Positions 12,790-27,149 of a DNA stretch of 64,000 bases are shown here, piece by piece. A program made the position numbers and the translations under genes. The notes below the pieces were generated by a model. That model ran no database searches. It saw nothing but the letters and a program-made list of their open reading frames with translations, and was not told the origin of the DNA. Position 1 is the stretch's first letter, and each line of letters opens with the position of its first letter. Source of the stretch: Tubiluchus corallicola (lineage: Eukaryota; Animalia; Priapulida); NCBI GenBank assembly GCA_030141605.1, contig JAQGDQ010000012.1, positions 124,001 through 188,000 on the forward strand. Reading direction: 5' to 3'.

Positions 12790-14463
12790 ATTTATTTATA
12801 TATATATAAGATTCGAGGCTACAGCCCGGACGAGGGCACCATTTGCGGTGATCTATACATCAAACGAAAGGTCTCGATCTAGTGTCGTGCCATTGATGGT
12901 TTATTTTTCCAATCGGGCCCACCGGAGGGCGAAAAACCTCCAAAAATGGCCCTTTTTCGGCCGTTTTTTGCAAAAAATTGCAAAAGTTATACGGCTGAGA
13001 TGTAGAGAACGGGAACGGGTCGAGGGGGGGTACTGGGGATAGATAGCCCGTTCAGCGGTGGGTGTAGTAGGCATATTTAGAATTCCCGAGAGGGCCAGGG
13101 CGCCCCGCAACGGGCGTTTTCCCGGACCCAACTCGCGATTTTTTCGAAATTTTGACCAAACAGCATGCGGGAAAAACGTTCTAGCGTCGCCCGGTGGGAC
13201 TCTAGGAAGGAGATATATAGCTCATCAGAAAGAGGAAGGACAGGGCTACACGATGATGTGGGCTATATGTTAGGGCAGGTCCACCGAGAGGAGTACTAGC
13301 GAGTTAATTAGATGTTCTATTTTCGGCAATTTTCGCTTAGAAAACTGTCCTAACGCATTCCATTGTGCTGACGTCATCCATTGTACTCTATAACTTTAAT
13401 TCAGCAAAAAGCTGCTCTGCGTTAGATAAACAGACATACAGTAGGCATGATGTTACGGGCTACAGGCTTTGCGTTAGGTAAGTAGGCAGGATGTTACGGG
13501 CTTTACGGGCTTTGTGTTATAAATGAGGACTAGGTAGGATGTTCGCGTATTATTAATTACACGTGTATTTATACGCAAAATCTTTTGCGGGGCCTTTGCT
13601 ATTTATTATATTATAGCACATAGTTTCAACTTTGTGAAAAATGTTTGGAATGGTTTTGTTGTAATGCTGTGCTGTTGGTGCTTGTGCTATAGGTGTTGTC
13701 ATCGTTGCCACCATCATCATCATCAACATCATGATCACCACGTGAGGTGGTGGATTTGATGTGGTGTGGTGGTGGTGTGCTTTGTGTGTTGTGCTATGGA
13801 TGGTGTGGTGGGGTGATAGGGTGTGTGGGGTGTGGTGTGGGTAGTGTGGTATGGAGTGGGTGGCGTGGTGTGTGGGTGGGTGTTGTGGTGCAGTGTGGTG
13901 TTATGGTGTGGTGCTGTGCGGTGTGATGTGGTGGAGTATTATGGTGTGGGTGGTGTGGTGTGGTGTGTGGGTGGTGCGGTGCAGTGGTATGGTGTGGTGC
14001 AGTGTGGTGGAGTCGTATGGTGTGGGTGGTGTGGTGTGTGGGTGGTGCGGTGTGCTGCAGCGGTATGGTGTGGTGCTGTGCGGTGTGGTGCAGTGTGGTG
14101 TTATGGTGTGGTGTGATGTGGTGGAGTATTATGGTGTGGGTGGTATGGTGTGGTGTGTGGGTGGTGCAGTGGTATGGTGTGGTGCAGTGTGGTGTGATGT
14201 GGTGGAGTGGTATGGTGTGGGTGGTGTGGTGTGTAGGTGGTATGGTGTGGTGCGGTGTGATGTGGTGGAGTGGTATGGTGTGGGTGGTGTGGTGTGTAGG
14301 TGGGTGGGTGGTGTGGTGCAGTGTGGTGTTATGGTGTGGTGCTGTGCGGTGTGATGTGGTGGAGTGGTATGGTGTGGTGCAGTGCGGTGTGATGAGGTGG
14401 AGTGGTGTGGTGTGGGTTTTGTGTTGATTTGTGCACAAAATTCTTTTTGTGGGGTTTGGCTAG
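12790..14463 (+). mobile_element. Probable non-autonomous Helitron-like insertion (GC/CpG-rich body plus GTG-rich tract)
   Basis: Abrupt GC/CpG-rich block after a (TA)n leader; three about 40-bp internal repeats (aggcaggatgttacgggct, 13443..13548); 3' hairpin CACAAAA-ttct-TTTTGTG (14434..14451) then CTAG (14460..14463) followed by T. The 5' TC terminus is not clear. Confidence 0.5.
13745..14420. repeat. G/T-rich (GTGTG/GTG)n minisatellite with higher-order units
   Basis: About 670 bp of ggtgtggtg variants with a recurring block gcagtgtggtgttatggtgtggtgctgtgcggtgtgatgtggtggagt; source of four spurious ORFs. Confidence 0.95.
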
Positions 14464-15669
14464 TTCAAAATTAATAAAAATCCTGCTGTCTGCTCAAAGT
14501 TTCCAATTGTTTTGTTGTTACTGAGCACTGGCTACATGTAGAAAAGCGGCGTGCTATATCAAGACTAAACGCACTGAAACAAGATATTACAGATACTGTA
14601 CAGCACACCATAAGATTTCATTCATTGCGTAAGACTGTATAAATGAACAGTAGTCTCTGTACCTTTTGTAATTACGAATAGTCAAAATGTTTAGCTCGGC
14701 TAACTTACTTGATTTTTCTTTAATTTATTCATTTTTTGTGTCTATATTGCAGAAAATTAAACCACTATATGCAACTAACAAAAATCACTGGTATTAAATA
14801 CTGTAGTAATAAATAGCGCTACTTAAAATTCAAATTTCAAATGCTACTGATATCTCACAAAAATTACCAAAACAACTTGGGGAAATAAAAGGCACATTAT
14901 TTACAAGTTGTTTACTAGCTGATATTTTAAACATTGTATTCTTTTTCTATGATAATAAATTAAAATGCTATTACGAAAAAATTACCAGTACTGTATAATA
15001 TGTAATAATAACAGTAAGACTAATTATAATATAGTAATAAATAATGCTACTTAAACAATCTAGCCAACTGAAACAAATGTCAAATGCTACTAATATTTCA
15101 AAAAAAAATGCTGAAGCAAAGGAATAATGATTATAATAAAAGATGCATTATCTACAACCTGTTGTCTTTCTGCCACTTTTAAAACTTTGCTCATTTCTAC
15201 TGATTTTTAGAATAGAGACTTGGAAAGACGACAACACAGGAGCTATTCATGTTTTTCACATTTACTTATATGCTGTACCGACTTGCAGCAAGTAAGTGTT
15301 TGTGAGAACGTGTGTTAAGTCATCAAGCTGGGCAGAGCTACATGCTGCTTGTAATCTATGTATTAATATGATTCTTTGCCCATGCACTCCAAAATTGGCA
15401 TATCTCAGTGGGATTCATGTGTTGGGTACAACTTCATGTCGGCAAGTAGCATCTCAAGCGGGCGCAAGTACTACATTTCGTTTTTGGTGTGTATTCATCT
15501 GCTGAATAAATACACTATTTACTGTAAATGGTAATTTTTTATGATTTATAATATTCTTTTAATGTTAGAATTAATATTTTTAATATATTTTTATACATTT
15601 TGTGATTTTTTTATGCAAAATTCATCAAATCTATATACATTACTGTACAATACATACTACGCATGTGCA

Positions 15670-15809
15670 AAAATACTTTAGACGGAGTAACGCAAAAACC
15701 CGCAAAACAGCGAAAATACCGCGATAAATATTTTACATTAATATTTTTGAAAACCCCTGAAACAGCAAGTCCACGTTAAACGCACCGCAAAATAGCGAGG
15801 GAACACTGT
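15670..15809. mobile_element. Right end of a pogo/Tigger-like (Tc1-mariner) MITE
   Basis: ...ccgcaaaatagcgagggaacactg, reverse complement CAGTGTTCCCTCGCTATTTTGCGG, with repeated ccgc(g/a)aaa subterminal motifs; partner TIR not found. Confidence 0.5.
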
Positions 15810-16449
15810 GTTTAAAATCAGGCGAAATCAAAGTTTGTTTATTTCTCACTGGTTAGCAGTAATGTTTTAAATTTTTTCAATGCACATTTTTTCACGGTTT
15901 GTTTTTTAGTTTCACAGTGTATTGCATAATTATTGTATAGTTATCGATTATTATATATCTCTTTTTGGTATCATGAATGTGTATGTTCTGATAAATTAAT
16001 ACACCGATTTGGTGGAAAATTTGATACCTTTTAGCATCCAGTACAATAAGCATAGTGCAAAACAGCAATCCTGCCTTCCCCAAAAGAACGATGTTATAAT
16101 AATTATTGCGTTTTACAGTTAAATTAAAAAAATACGTTTTTATATTACTGCGTCAAGTAAGTATATGAACTTGAAAAAATTATAAAATTCCCGGCCGGGT
16201 GTGTGATAAAAAAATATTACCCTGGCGATTTGACGGAAACAGAAATATTTTTATAGTTGGCCTAACAAAGCAAAATGTTATGCTTTCGTAGCACTGGGCA
16301 AATACAAATACTGCTGTATAAAAAGCACCAGAACACATCATAATGCTTAGGAAAAACAAGGATTGTCTTCTGGTGGTTATTTGACTTGTTACTTTACTAA
16401 ATGGTTCACTTAATCGTCACGCAGTTTAAGTGGAATTAAGACTTATTAC

Positions 16450-16590
16450 TTTCGGTCAACCGCACAACCGTATATTATTTCCCGATACTTTACAGAGCAG
16501 TACCGATCGATATAATTACTTGCCGATACCACTACTAGTATCGGGGTTACCGAAGGAGACAGTATCAGACCTGGTACTAGCCCAGCTCTG
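16450..16590. mobile_element. hAT-like terminal remnant
   Basis: Clustered CCGATAC/GTATCGG motifs ending in gcccagctctg, resembling a (T/C)AGAGCTGGGC terminus; other end not seen. Confidence 0.3.
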
Positions 16591-17229
16591 TATCTGGCAA
16601 AGTAATACACAGTGAGGCGACACATGGCACTACCACACACGGCGGTGCAGTACAAGGTGAGTTTGTGCACGAGCATGTCAAGCAAGAACAAACGCTTCGC
16701 AAAGATAACAAATAATATGGCATCAAAGTCACTTGTCTTCTTTACAACGACATCAGGACCTAGGCTAGAGTTCAATTCATGTTGTACGGTTATTCTCATA
16801 CTCGTTTTAAATTATCGATAGATGGTCATACTTGTAAAAAAAACTCGGCTTTTGCTTCACTATTACCGCAAGGAACCTTCAAATTTACTGAGCTGTTTCA
16901 AAGTCTTGATACCTGTACTTAAATGTCAAATTAAATACAAAAGCAATAAAATTGAATCAATTAAACATGAATACCTTCCGCCAATACGGGGACCCTTTGC
17001 TTTCGTCTTTCTTACGCTTATTTCTCCTAGCCCACAACCGTTGAGGCGCAAGTGTTTGAGGCTTTGAAGTTTTATTTTTATCACATTCAGTACATTAGTA
17101 ACATTCAAAAATTCAATACATGGCGACAAACTATCAATACAGTTATGTTTTACAGTGATGTTACGTCTCATACAGTATCGTTAATATAAAAGAATAATTG
17201 TACTGCTGTAGGGGGGAGGGGGCAGTGTA

Positions 17230-18610
17230 AACTAGAGAAGCAGAGGCTTGCGTAAGCCCACAGACGTGTGAACAAAAAGAAAATAGAAAAAAGAAAAGGG
17301 AAAAAGGTTGGACAACAGTGAAAAGGAAGAAGGATGTGTTAGTGGAACTAGCATGAAGACAGACAATATGTTATACGATGTTTACATCGGCTTTAAAAAT
17401 TAATTATTGATGTCATTATGCAAAGCTTGCACAATAGCATTGTGGAATGACGGCTGCAATAAATGTGAGATATTATGACAACATAATATTATATTTACCG
17501 GAAATTATTACTTTCTATTTCTTTTTCATATTTGTATTGATTGAATCGTTTTTGTTCCTCATACCATTTCAAAGCCTTGGATTCACGTTTGTGGTGAATT
17601 GCCCTGTCACGTCTGTTCTACAGAAATTAGTGACAAACTTACTCATTCTGGCTGCATAGCGTCGATTATTTGGTTGAAATCGATTATTCAAGAATGTTGA
17701 AAAGAGATAATGTTTAATTTTACATGTGCATACAGCAGTGTTCATTTGCAGTATAATCATCAACAATGAAAATGTTATTAGTTTAGAGACACCTTAAACT
17801 AAAATACTTTCATTTTCTAAGTTTCAAGTTTATTTAATTTATTACAACTTTATTTATTATTATTTATTTATTATAAATTAATTTATTACAATTATTTAAT
17901 ATTTTAATTTATTATCATTTATTGAATAATCCTGTGTGAAAAATAGACATATTGCAAAGTAACTGATAATAATTAATAACAAATTAACCTGAGGAGACCT
18001 TGGGATGGCGATGCCGCTACTGTTCGCCAAGGCCTCCTCGTAAAAAAACAAAATACTAAAGCAAAGCTGCAAAGGGTCGGATAAGAAAATAAAGGGAAGG
18101 GAAAATGGTGTTTGGTAATGGAAAGACAATGATGGATGAGTGAACAAAAAAAGAACAGGGAGGAAGGTTAGATCACACAGGAAGGGAAGAATGATGAGTT
18201 AATGGAAATGGTAGTAGATTGAGAGTAAGAAAGACAGTAGACTGTGCGATGTTTACATTAGCTCTAAAGATTTATCAATGATGTCTTGTCTTGTATAATC
18301 TGTACCAGGATTGTGGTATGACTGCTGCAGTAGGAGTGGGATATTAAAAAGTGTTGTACTTGTTGAAAATCATTGCTCTGTATTTCTTTTTAAATTTTTG
18401 AATTGGCTGAATATTAATTCATCATTTATGTCATTCCAAAAGCGTCTATTCTACAGAAATTTACGACAAACTCATACATTCTGGTTGCGTAAAGCCGATT
18501 ATTAAAGAATGTTGGAAAGAGATGATATTTGGTTTTATGCATGTATATAGCTGTATTCATGTGTATTAAATCGTCAACAGTTAAAATTTTATTAGTTTTG
18601 AAACATGTTA
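17230..18610 (-). mobile_element. Two tandem, diverged 3'-end fragments of an L2/CR1-group LINE
   Basis: About 17355..17800 aligns with about 18230..18610. The minus strand gives degenerate RT C-terminal text (..NTAVC..KIKHYLFSTFLNN..YAARM..VTNFCRTD..NPRL). The second copy continues into a hairpin (gagaccttgg...ccaaggcctc, about 17993..18035) and an AATAAA-rich tail (about 17830..17925). Confidence 0.55.
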
Positions 18611-18984
18611 ATGTTTCATGTGTTAATTAGGTAATCAATGTTTTAAGCATTGCTACACACAAACAAAGATGCACCCAATAGCTAATATAATTTATAAATA
18701 CAAAGCCCTTACAAGTGATTCTAAGACATTATCCTCTGACAACCTGTAGGTTATTTATAATTAGTTGTATAAGGGACAACAGTTTGTGAGATAAGGTAAT
18801 GTTAAACAATTGCACAGGGTTATTAAATGTAATTTGGTAAAACAATTTTAGTCCTGCATAATTACGACAGCTATACTTTTTGAATTTTTTTTTGACCATT
18901 ATCTATGTATGGCTTTCAATGCAGGTGTCCATTTAGAATGATTTCATTTGAGGCATTATTGATACTTTTAGCACCGTTATTAAG

Positions 18985-19155
18985 ATCAGATGAAAGGTGA
19001 GGTAAGGTGAGGTGAGGTGAAATGAGATGAGGTGAGATGAGATGAGATAAGATGAGGTGAGGTGAGATAATTAAGACAAGACAAGACAAGACAAGACAAG
19101 ACAAGACAAGACAAGACAAGGCAAAGCAAGACAAGATAAGACAAGATAAGATAAA
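18985..19155. repeat. Compound pentanucleotide microsatellite (GAGGT/GAGAT)n(GACAA)n
   Basis: Seen directly. Confidence 0.95.
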
Positions 19156-21824
19156 TTATATTTAGTATTTAGTTACACTAATTATTACTTTTTAGCAACT
19201 TTTGGAATTTACGTAACTAATCAAGAAATTTTGAATGTTGTAGGGAAAATGGAAGAGATTTTGAGCCTTCCCTTTTTGTGAGGCTACTCCGCCTAGGTTA
19301 CATTAATGGTTAGAAAAATTGTAAATTTAAGAATGTTAGAAAGATGCATTTTTAATAAAGCTTACAGCAAAAAATTATGGAACTGACTAGATCCAATACA
19401 AGATTACATTGCAAAAGTCAAGTAAATGACCTGTTCTGACGGTAAGACTTAAACAACCCCCATTAACACCTGGTTTTGACTTTCTTAAATGAACGTTAGA
19501 TGACTTTTAAACAATGCAAATGCTATAGCCAACAATGTCTAATACTGCTACAGTAAAGTTTAATTATCATAATGAAGCCTCAGTTCTTTATTTAAATAAT
19601 GGATTAATATGACTATAACAAATTATGGTATAGTGCTGTGAGTAGTAATTCAAATTTATTTTTAGCATTATCTGTAATACGGAACTTATCTGTAACGACT
19701 GGTTCATTTACAAAAGTTAGCATGATTCACACTTAGTTATCTGCTTCTGCGATTTACTGATTTGATTATACTTAGTTGTCTTGCAGTCTGATCGCATCGA
19801 CAACATTAAAGCTATAATACACGACATCAGAAAAAAGACCAAAATGGCTAGGAGTGTATTTTTTCTCGGAAACGCAAAGTTGTGAACATATTCTTTGCTC
19901 ACTGCACAATTGCTCTAATGAAAGTTTGCTCTCGCATTTTTCGTAAGTTACATAGACAACCGAATGATCTAAGACGGAGGGATGGTACTTCCATGATCTT
20001 GATTATTGGAACTACCATCTTGAGCAGTAGTGGGCTAAATAGTAGCTGTTACAGTGGGATTTACACTAGATATGTTTGAAATTTGCAATGAATAACACTC
20101 TTTACAGAATTAAGTTTTAGACAACAATATGCAGCTTTTGAAAGAATGCTTTCGAACTCGAAATTTATGAAGTGCTGAGAATACGAGTACTTGAACTTCG
20201 TAAAAACAAGAGGAATGTTGTTGCAAAGGCGACAGCTCGTGTTCCTGTGCACGGAGAAAGAAAATCAACTTGGATACTAATAACTGAGATACCAATGAAA
20301 TAAAAAAACTGTTGTTGCTTCTTTCCAAGACTGCTAACCCGTTAACACTATATCATTACAAAAAATGTTGGTTTCAGCGTACAAGTTAAAAGCTGTTTCT
20401 AAAGAATTCATATCAAATATAGTTGAGTCTAGAGTGATTGTGCTTAATTAATAACAAATAAATTGTGTCATCAAGTTTCATCATGATCGTCTGTTGTTAA
20501 AAGTGGTATACATGTGTATTCTAAATATATAAAAAGTTTGGTAAATCATATTTCAATCGTTTCAGTGATGACAGTTTTCACACAAAAAATTTCAGTCAAT
20601 TTTTGACAGTCTGCGTACAAAAGAAGAGAAGAGAACCAGGTTCTATAGAAATTACGTGCATGATTCATTCTCATTATCTAATCGATCACAAGCTACTTTG
20701 ACAAGACTGACGACTCCATTCTATTTGTTAGGTCACCCAATCTTTCCCATTTATCTCAGTGATCGCAATTACCCCCTTGGGTTTGGCGTCCTGCCATTGT
20801 ATTAGGACAAAGGTTAGTTAACGCAATACGTACATGGTTTCTCTTACTGCCATAACCCATCGTGAACATGTGAACTGTGCATTGTTCTGAGTATTGTTTA
20901 TAGTTTGCAAAAGTTATCGATTGATCTAACAGCATTATCATTACGTGTTGCATATCTAAAATAGAACTAACGTTTATCATCATTATTATTAAATTTTGTC
21001 GGTAAGTCATTTTGTTATTAATCGCATTTTTTCTAATTAATCACTTCAGTTGCTTTTTAGGCAATTGGTTTAGTGATAATTGATTAGAAGTCCTTATTTT
21101 TTTCGTGTTGGATAGGTCAATAGTAATAATTTTTTTGTAGTCGTCGTCGTCGTGATCATCATCATCGATCATGTTCTGATGATGATCATTTTGTTCGATT
21201 ATCTGTCTTGAATCACCTGTAATCATTTGACGTAGTAAAAATTATTATGAAAATAAATTTCTTAAATAAATTGAAGTAATGATTGGGGGAAAGATACTTA
21301 ATTATATGTAAAGTAAAGTTCGAAGTGATAATCAATCAGTAGAAGGCTGCCTTAATTAGAGACCGCACGCTATGCATGTCAGTTTTTTTCTAATTTTTAT
21401 TTATATTATTTATACTAACATATGCCACGCCATCATCTTCAGATCTAATAATAGATCTTGTAATAAGAAGAAAAATCTCGATTAATAATAATTGGTTGTG
21501 TCCTTGGGGTTTATTAACTTGATGTAGCTGTGAAAAATGCGAATTTAAGGATATAAATCACGTCCAAAACTGTAGACTATAATTTCGTATGCGCCAGTAC
21601 CTCCATTTCTGAAGTCTTTTTGTTCAAGCCCAAGAATAATAGATTAAACAAGCATGAAAATCAGAAACACATCAATCAACTAACTAATGAAAGGAAAAAA
21701 TAATGACCAAGGTGCAATTGTTCCCCGTCTCTGACAATATCCCTCGCTGCGTTCTTCGATCTCGCTCGACCCTTACATACTTTTTACTTTCTTTGCGTGT
21801 ATACAATTATAACTACAGCGAGGA

Positions 21825-22015
21825 CGAGGACGGTGGCAGTGGTGACGATAACAACAACAACAGCTACAACAGAAACAGCAACACTATGGCTATTGTAATG
21901 GCAACGGCGACAATAACACAACGACAACAGGAATAATAATAATAGTAATAATAACGACAACAACAACGACGACGACAGTAGCAGCAGCAGCAGCAGCAAC
22001 AACAACAACAACTAA
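21825..22015. repeat. Degenerate trinucleotide tract (AAC/AAT/GAC/AGC)
   Basis: Seen directly. Confidence 0.9.
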
Positions 22016-23610
22016 AAAACCGACCTTGACTAACAATGGTATTATAAAATTAACTTCGTATAACCTAAATTTTTTATCAGTACAGCCGTACTAACAATGG
22101 TTTAATGTGTTATGATCTCAGTCCCCAAAATTGTCTCACAAACAAGATTGGGAGATGCTGAACTGCACTTATTAGATGCTGATACTTAGGGTTGTGCGTA
22201 TCCAAACTGTAGAATACGAAGCGAGACACAGAGCCTTCATCAAGTACAATAATAACACCGTTAGCATATGTAGCTGTCATTGTTTATTACATTGAAGGCG
22301 CTGTCTAATGAACTGAAAACAATCAGCTGAGGTCTGTCTTAAGAATCAGGCAGTACAGTTTGAACATTCAACACAGTCGTCATAAGCTTATTAAAATAAA
22401 TCGCACCACGAGTGTCTGAGTGATTAATGTAAAACATGTGGCTAATTATAAAGCAGATATATAGATAACCGGATGCACAAACAGACAAGCAATCGAACTT
22501 GAACAAAAAAAACAACAAACAAATAAATTATGAGGGTTGTTGACTCATACAAGAGATACAAGAAACATTCCACTGGTACCATCTAGCAGAAATTATAGTT
22601 ATTATGTTTAGAAATAAATTAAAATGAAGTAATACTCGGACCTTGCAATTAAAATGAACGTTTCCTGTCATTTTAACATTATTTTTTCTTTCTTCTTTTC
22701 TGTTTTTGCATATTCGGCTTTATTTATACCACATGGCTTCCTAAGTTAATTGTGACACACTCGTTCTGAAATATTTCCGCTTTTTTTCGTGAAAATAGCG
22801 TTTTGCTTCGGGGGTTTCTGTTTTTCGCACGCAGCTGACTCTGTTTATCACAAACACAAAAAAAGTCGAGCAGGAGTTTGCTAAGAGCAATAGTGTAACA
22901 CAAACGTGAAAGTTGTTTTCGTTCACATAGGCCTACATGGTTTTAAATTAAATTAATTCTAAGTTTACACCACCATTAGTCAACTACTATAAAATGAACT
23001 ACTCGGTCCGCTATGTCTAATCAAGCCGCCCCTACCATTTTGAAGAGCAATTATAAACCAAAGGTTACATATTCGAAAATCTTAAATGTTTGCAAATTTT
23101 ACTAAATGTGTGTTGTATTTGAACTGCGCTGGAACTAATCATGTTTAGATTGGTTCTAGCATGAACTTCCATGCTGCACCATACTTCAAAGACGCATCGG
23201 TTTGACATGAATGATTTCGTATTTGTCCTCCGAAGTGCGCTGCTTGTGTTACTCATACTAGAACACTTCATTATGATTGTGCAACATTGATTTGCAGTTG
23301 CTGGGCCGGTATATTGACGCTGATTCAAAGTCATCGAACCTGACTGTGACTCCAATCTCTGTTTACTGTTATTCTTATATTCAGTTATTCTGATGCTACA
23401 GTTAAATTTTTGCAATATACACGTGGATTCAAATTGCTATAAAGCGTAAGTGACTGTGGTTGTAGGTATAGTTATGTGAATAAATATTTTGTGTTGCACT
23501 TTGTAAATATTTTGTGCAGCTATATTGTAGGTCTGATGTTTAGTATTATCTGAAAATCATTACCCGAGCTCTGCCCGCTGATAAAGATATTTCAATTATA
23601 AAATATATAT

Positions 23611-23676
23611 CTGTCTGTCTGTCTGCCTGCCTGCCTGCCTGCCTGCCTGCTTACCTCCCTCCCTCCCTCCCTCCCT

Positions 23677-23720
<44 letters not shown>
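23611..23720. repeat. Compound microsatellite (CTGT)(CTGC)(CCCT)(CT)
   Basis: Seen directly. Confidence 0.95.
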
Positions 23721-24190
23721 TTTCTCTGGCATCAAATTACCTTTCAATTGTCAATGTTATTTCTAATGTTTACAATTTCTTTCTCGTTTAGCACTAGCTA
23801 TCACTATTAGTGCATTTAGTTAATAATGCAGTTTCCACGAGGTAAACTTGTACAACTTATCTGCTGCTCATGCCAACCAGCTATCAATCCTATGTGTCAG
23901 TTGGTGTAAAACAGTGGCCAACTTATCTTAGAGTCCCTTAAAAATCGTATTTCCGGGATTCGACTGTGCTAGATTATTTTTATATTTGTCAATATTTTCT
24001 GAACTGGTTTAAAACAGTACAGTTTTATTTGGTGATTATATTGTTTAGCATTTTGCATCAATCTGTCATCTCCAGGTCTTCAAACTCAAATGATAAATCA
24101 TATATTTCTGGCTCTGAATTGCCCAAAACCTTAAAACAAAATCTAAGCATGCTTCAAGAAATTTTGTGCAATCTGAACTTTCACACAGTC

Positions 24191-24395
<205 letters not shown>

Positions 24396-27149
24396 GTTAT
24401 ATAACTTAACATTTTTTTAAGTTACAAGTTATTATTGGAAAGAAATAAAATTGCTACAGCTACATAATCAGCCAAAATAATTCTCGCTAGTTTCTCCAAA
24501 CTTGACGATATACGTACGTGCGCTAATGTAAAATCGTAAACGGCACTGCAAATTTGGAATTGTGACACCGCTTAAACGGAAGGAAAAAGCAAATTTAAAG
24601 CGTTGCTATATTATATTGCATTACGCTTGCCTATTTGAAAGATTTATGTAACTAGAAAAGTTATCTAAACCTGTTTCAAACAGACATGGTCAAAATGGTT
24701 GTGCCTAACGGTCATCGTGTGAGATTAAATTTCAAGTTTTATTGGTGATACATCACAATTATTGGTTATACAGCGAGGCTGGTAATACAAACTCTGCGCA
24801 TAATAAGGCACTAAAGCAGTAAGTGATGCCAAATTTCAAGACGATTTTTAGCTTTACGTAAGTAAAAGGTTTTCATGTCCTTTAATCACAAGCTACAACA
24901 AGACTTGTCAAGTTCTCCATATTCGTTTCATAGCTTGAAACCGCTAATTGCACATTAAAATATCGCAATTTTTCTAAATGGCGTGAACTATAAAAATAAC
25001 GTTATAATTTGTTACTATAACTGTTCATATAAGGCATAGACCTATTGAGCCTGCTTTGACTGGGTTGGACTCTGTCAGTAAAAATGCGTGCTGAGCAAGC
25101 TATTGACGCAACCATGCTTTTTTATTATCAGCGATAGTTCATTGTTTTACTGACTAATGATTTTGATAGGTTCCATTTTGGTGAAGTTTCCTACATCTGG
25201 AGCCACCGCGAGCGTCTTGATGGTAGAGACTGGTAGAAGAATCCGCGGCCTTGTTTACACATCCTTTCCGACAGCAATCTTAACGGAACAACAGGTTTCA
25301 ATTTCATCGCCCTAATGAGACAAGCAGCCTTGAGATGCAATGGGTTGCATTTGCATAAACATTGAGGAAGGCAGATCCATAAACGGACCACGCCTTTCAG
25401 CAGTTCGCTTCCTAAATATTCGGTTTCCAAATTTACTACAGGTTTCCAGTATTTGCATAAATTGCCTTATTTATAATAATTATTGTGCCATACATTCAGA
25501 TTCTCAGTTTAATGTAGGCGGTTGTTCTTTGTCAGCAAATGCAGATCACCCGCGGGCTTAGTAGGCCGTAGTACACAAGCTGCGAGTGACCAAATTATAG
25601 AAACAATTCAAATCTCAATTGAAATCTCCTCCTAGATTTAACAGAACCTCTTGTTTGTTTTCCGGTCTATGAAGCTTCCTCTGTTCCGCACATCTGGCAG
25701 TAGTGCCGCGCTTGAAAGACAGGCTTATCAGCTCAGCCATACACTGCTTTCCAGCATATTCAATCACTATTGATGAATAAGAATAATTTTCGCATCGTTC
25801 CCGTTGCTTATTGTTATGCAAACTTTGACGATTAATAACTGATGATAACCCATTGCCAGTTTGCAACCACGGCTGCTGTCCCATCATAAGCTGCGTTTTT
25901 ACGGTTCCTTTGTCTGGTTACTAAACGCTGGACGGCTGTTTTTATTACTTTAAAGTTTAGTGTTTCCGTTTTTCATTTCGTTTTTAGGAATATTGGCTTC
26001 TGTGCTTTTATTCACTTTTTGCCAACTAGACGGTAAGAATAGCGAAGAAATAAAAAAAACTGGTCGGTCATTTTTTAATCGACGATCATTAATATAATGC
26101 AGATTCATCGCAAGAAATAATAATGTATTGCACAAATAAACTTATGCACTTTAACATCTTCAAAAGTCTTATCTTCAGTACTGACTATTTGCTTTGAAAC
26201 ATAATCTCCCTGTAACACTTTTCTAAATCAGTGGCATCTCTTTTTCGTCACGCTTCCGTAGTGCCAATTCACAATAGGGCTTACGATCGACTTTGTTTTG
26301 CTAAAGTGTTGGCTGTGGCCGCCGTGCTTTTCTAAAGGTCAATAGCCCTTCTTCTAGCTTTGCAGGGTTTTAGAAAGGAACTTTTTCTTTTGCAAGAAAT
26401 AACTGCTACTAATCGGTCGCCTTTCAGCGCAGACTAAGTACATGTATAATGCACGCTTTACTGTGCAAAAAGCGATGCACTATGTCGCTACATGCTTCTA
26501 ATTCTCAGCTGTCACGGGGAAAAGCTGCAAAATCTTTTTAAGGGATTAGCGCGCCCGTAAAGTAAATAGTTCTTTGTTTTTTCTTAACAGGTAAAACCCA
26601 ATCTGCCTTTGTTGCCGTAGGGCAGACCGAGAACCAGTTTGATGCCTAAGTTGAGCTGCTACTGCTGACTATTGAAACAAATGCTTAGTTATTAATGAAA
26701 GCATATAATTATAAGACTGAAATGTATAATAGAATGCTAGTCCTAACATTGTATATTACCGAGGTATATATTTTTGCACCCTATCTTGGATACCGTTATG
26801 ATTGTGTAGGCGCAGAATTAAGTACGCCCACATATTACCTTATCCAACACGCCATACTGCAAAGAACAAGCGGTAAAATACTAGATTTCTGAAGTTTAAA
26901 TTATTACCATGTTCTAAGCATTATTTTTCATTTTCTTATGTTTGTGTAGGTGCGAATACCCGGTGTAACATAAACGGCATAATCTGCACCCAGTAGATAA
27001 TTAGCTAATAATAATGAATAATAATAATAATGATGATGATGATGATGATGATGATGGAGATGACAAAAATAAGTCAGCTTTAAGTTTAGCAGGCAGCACA
27101 AGCCTCCCATTTTTTCTTTAACAGCTAAAACGCATGTGCATCAGCAAAT

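Noticed and set aside
12779-13273. Three short ORFs in the GC-rich block
   Set aside because: Expected from higher GC content; no recognisable motifs; lie in a probable non-autonomous transposon.
13794-14438. His/Thr/Pro-rich 214-aa ORF and three overlapping Val/Trp/Cys/Gly ORFs
   Set aside because: Translations of a GTG minisatellite that lacks stop codons in several frames; no splice or codon evidence.
21590-21800. Candidate non-coding first exon of TMEM47 (minus strand, donor GAG|gtactg at 21601)
   Set aside because: Plausible composition, but the donor is weak and there is no independent evidence.
26570-26600. Recursive splice site-like AG|GT (also about 32430 plus strand; about 11450 and 62570 minus strand)
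   Set aside because: Such matches arise readily by chance in AT-rich DNA, and the introns here are modest in size; no support without RNA data.
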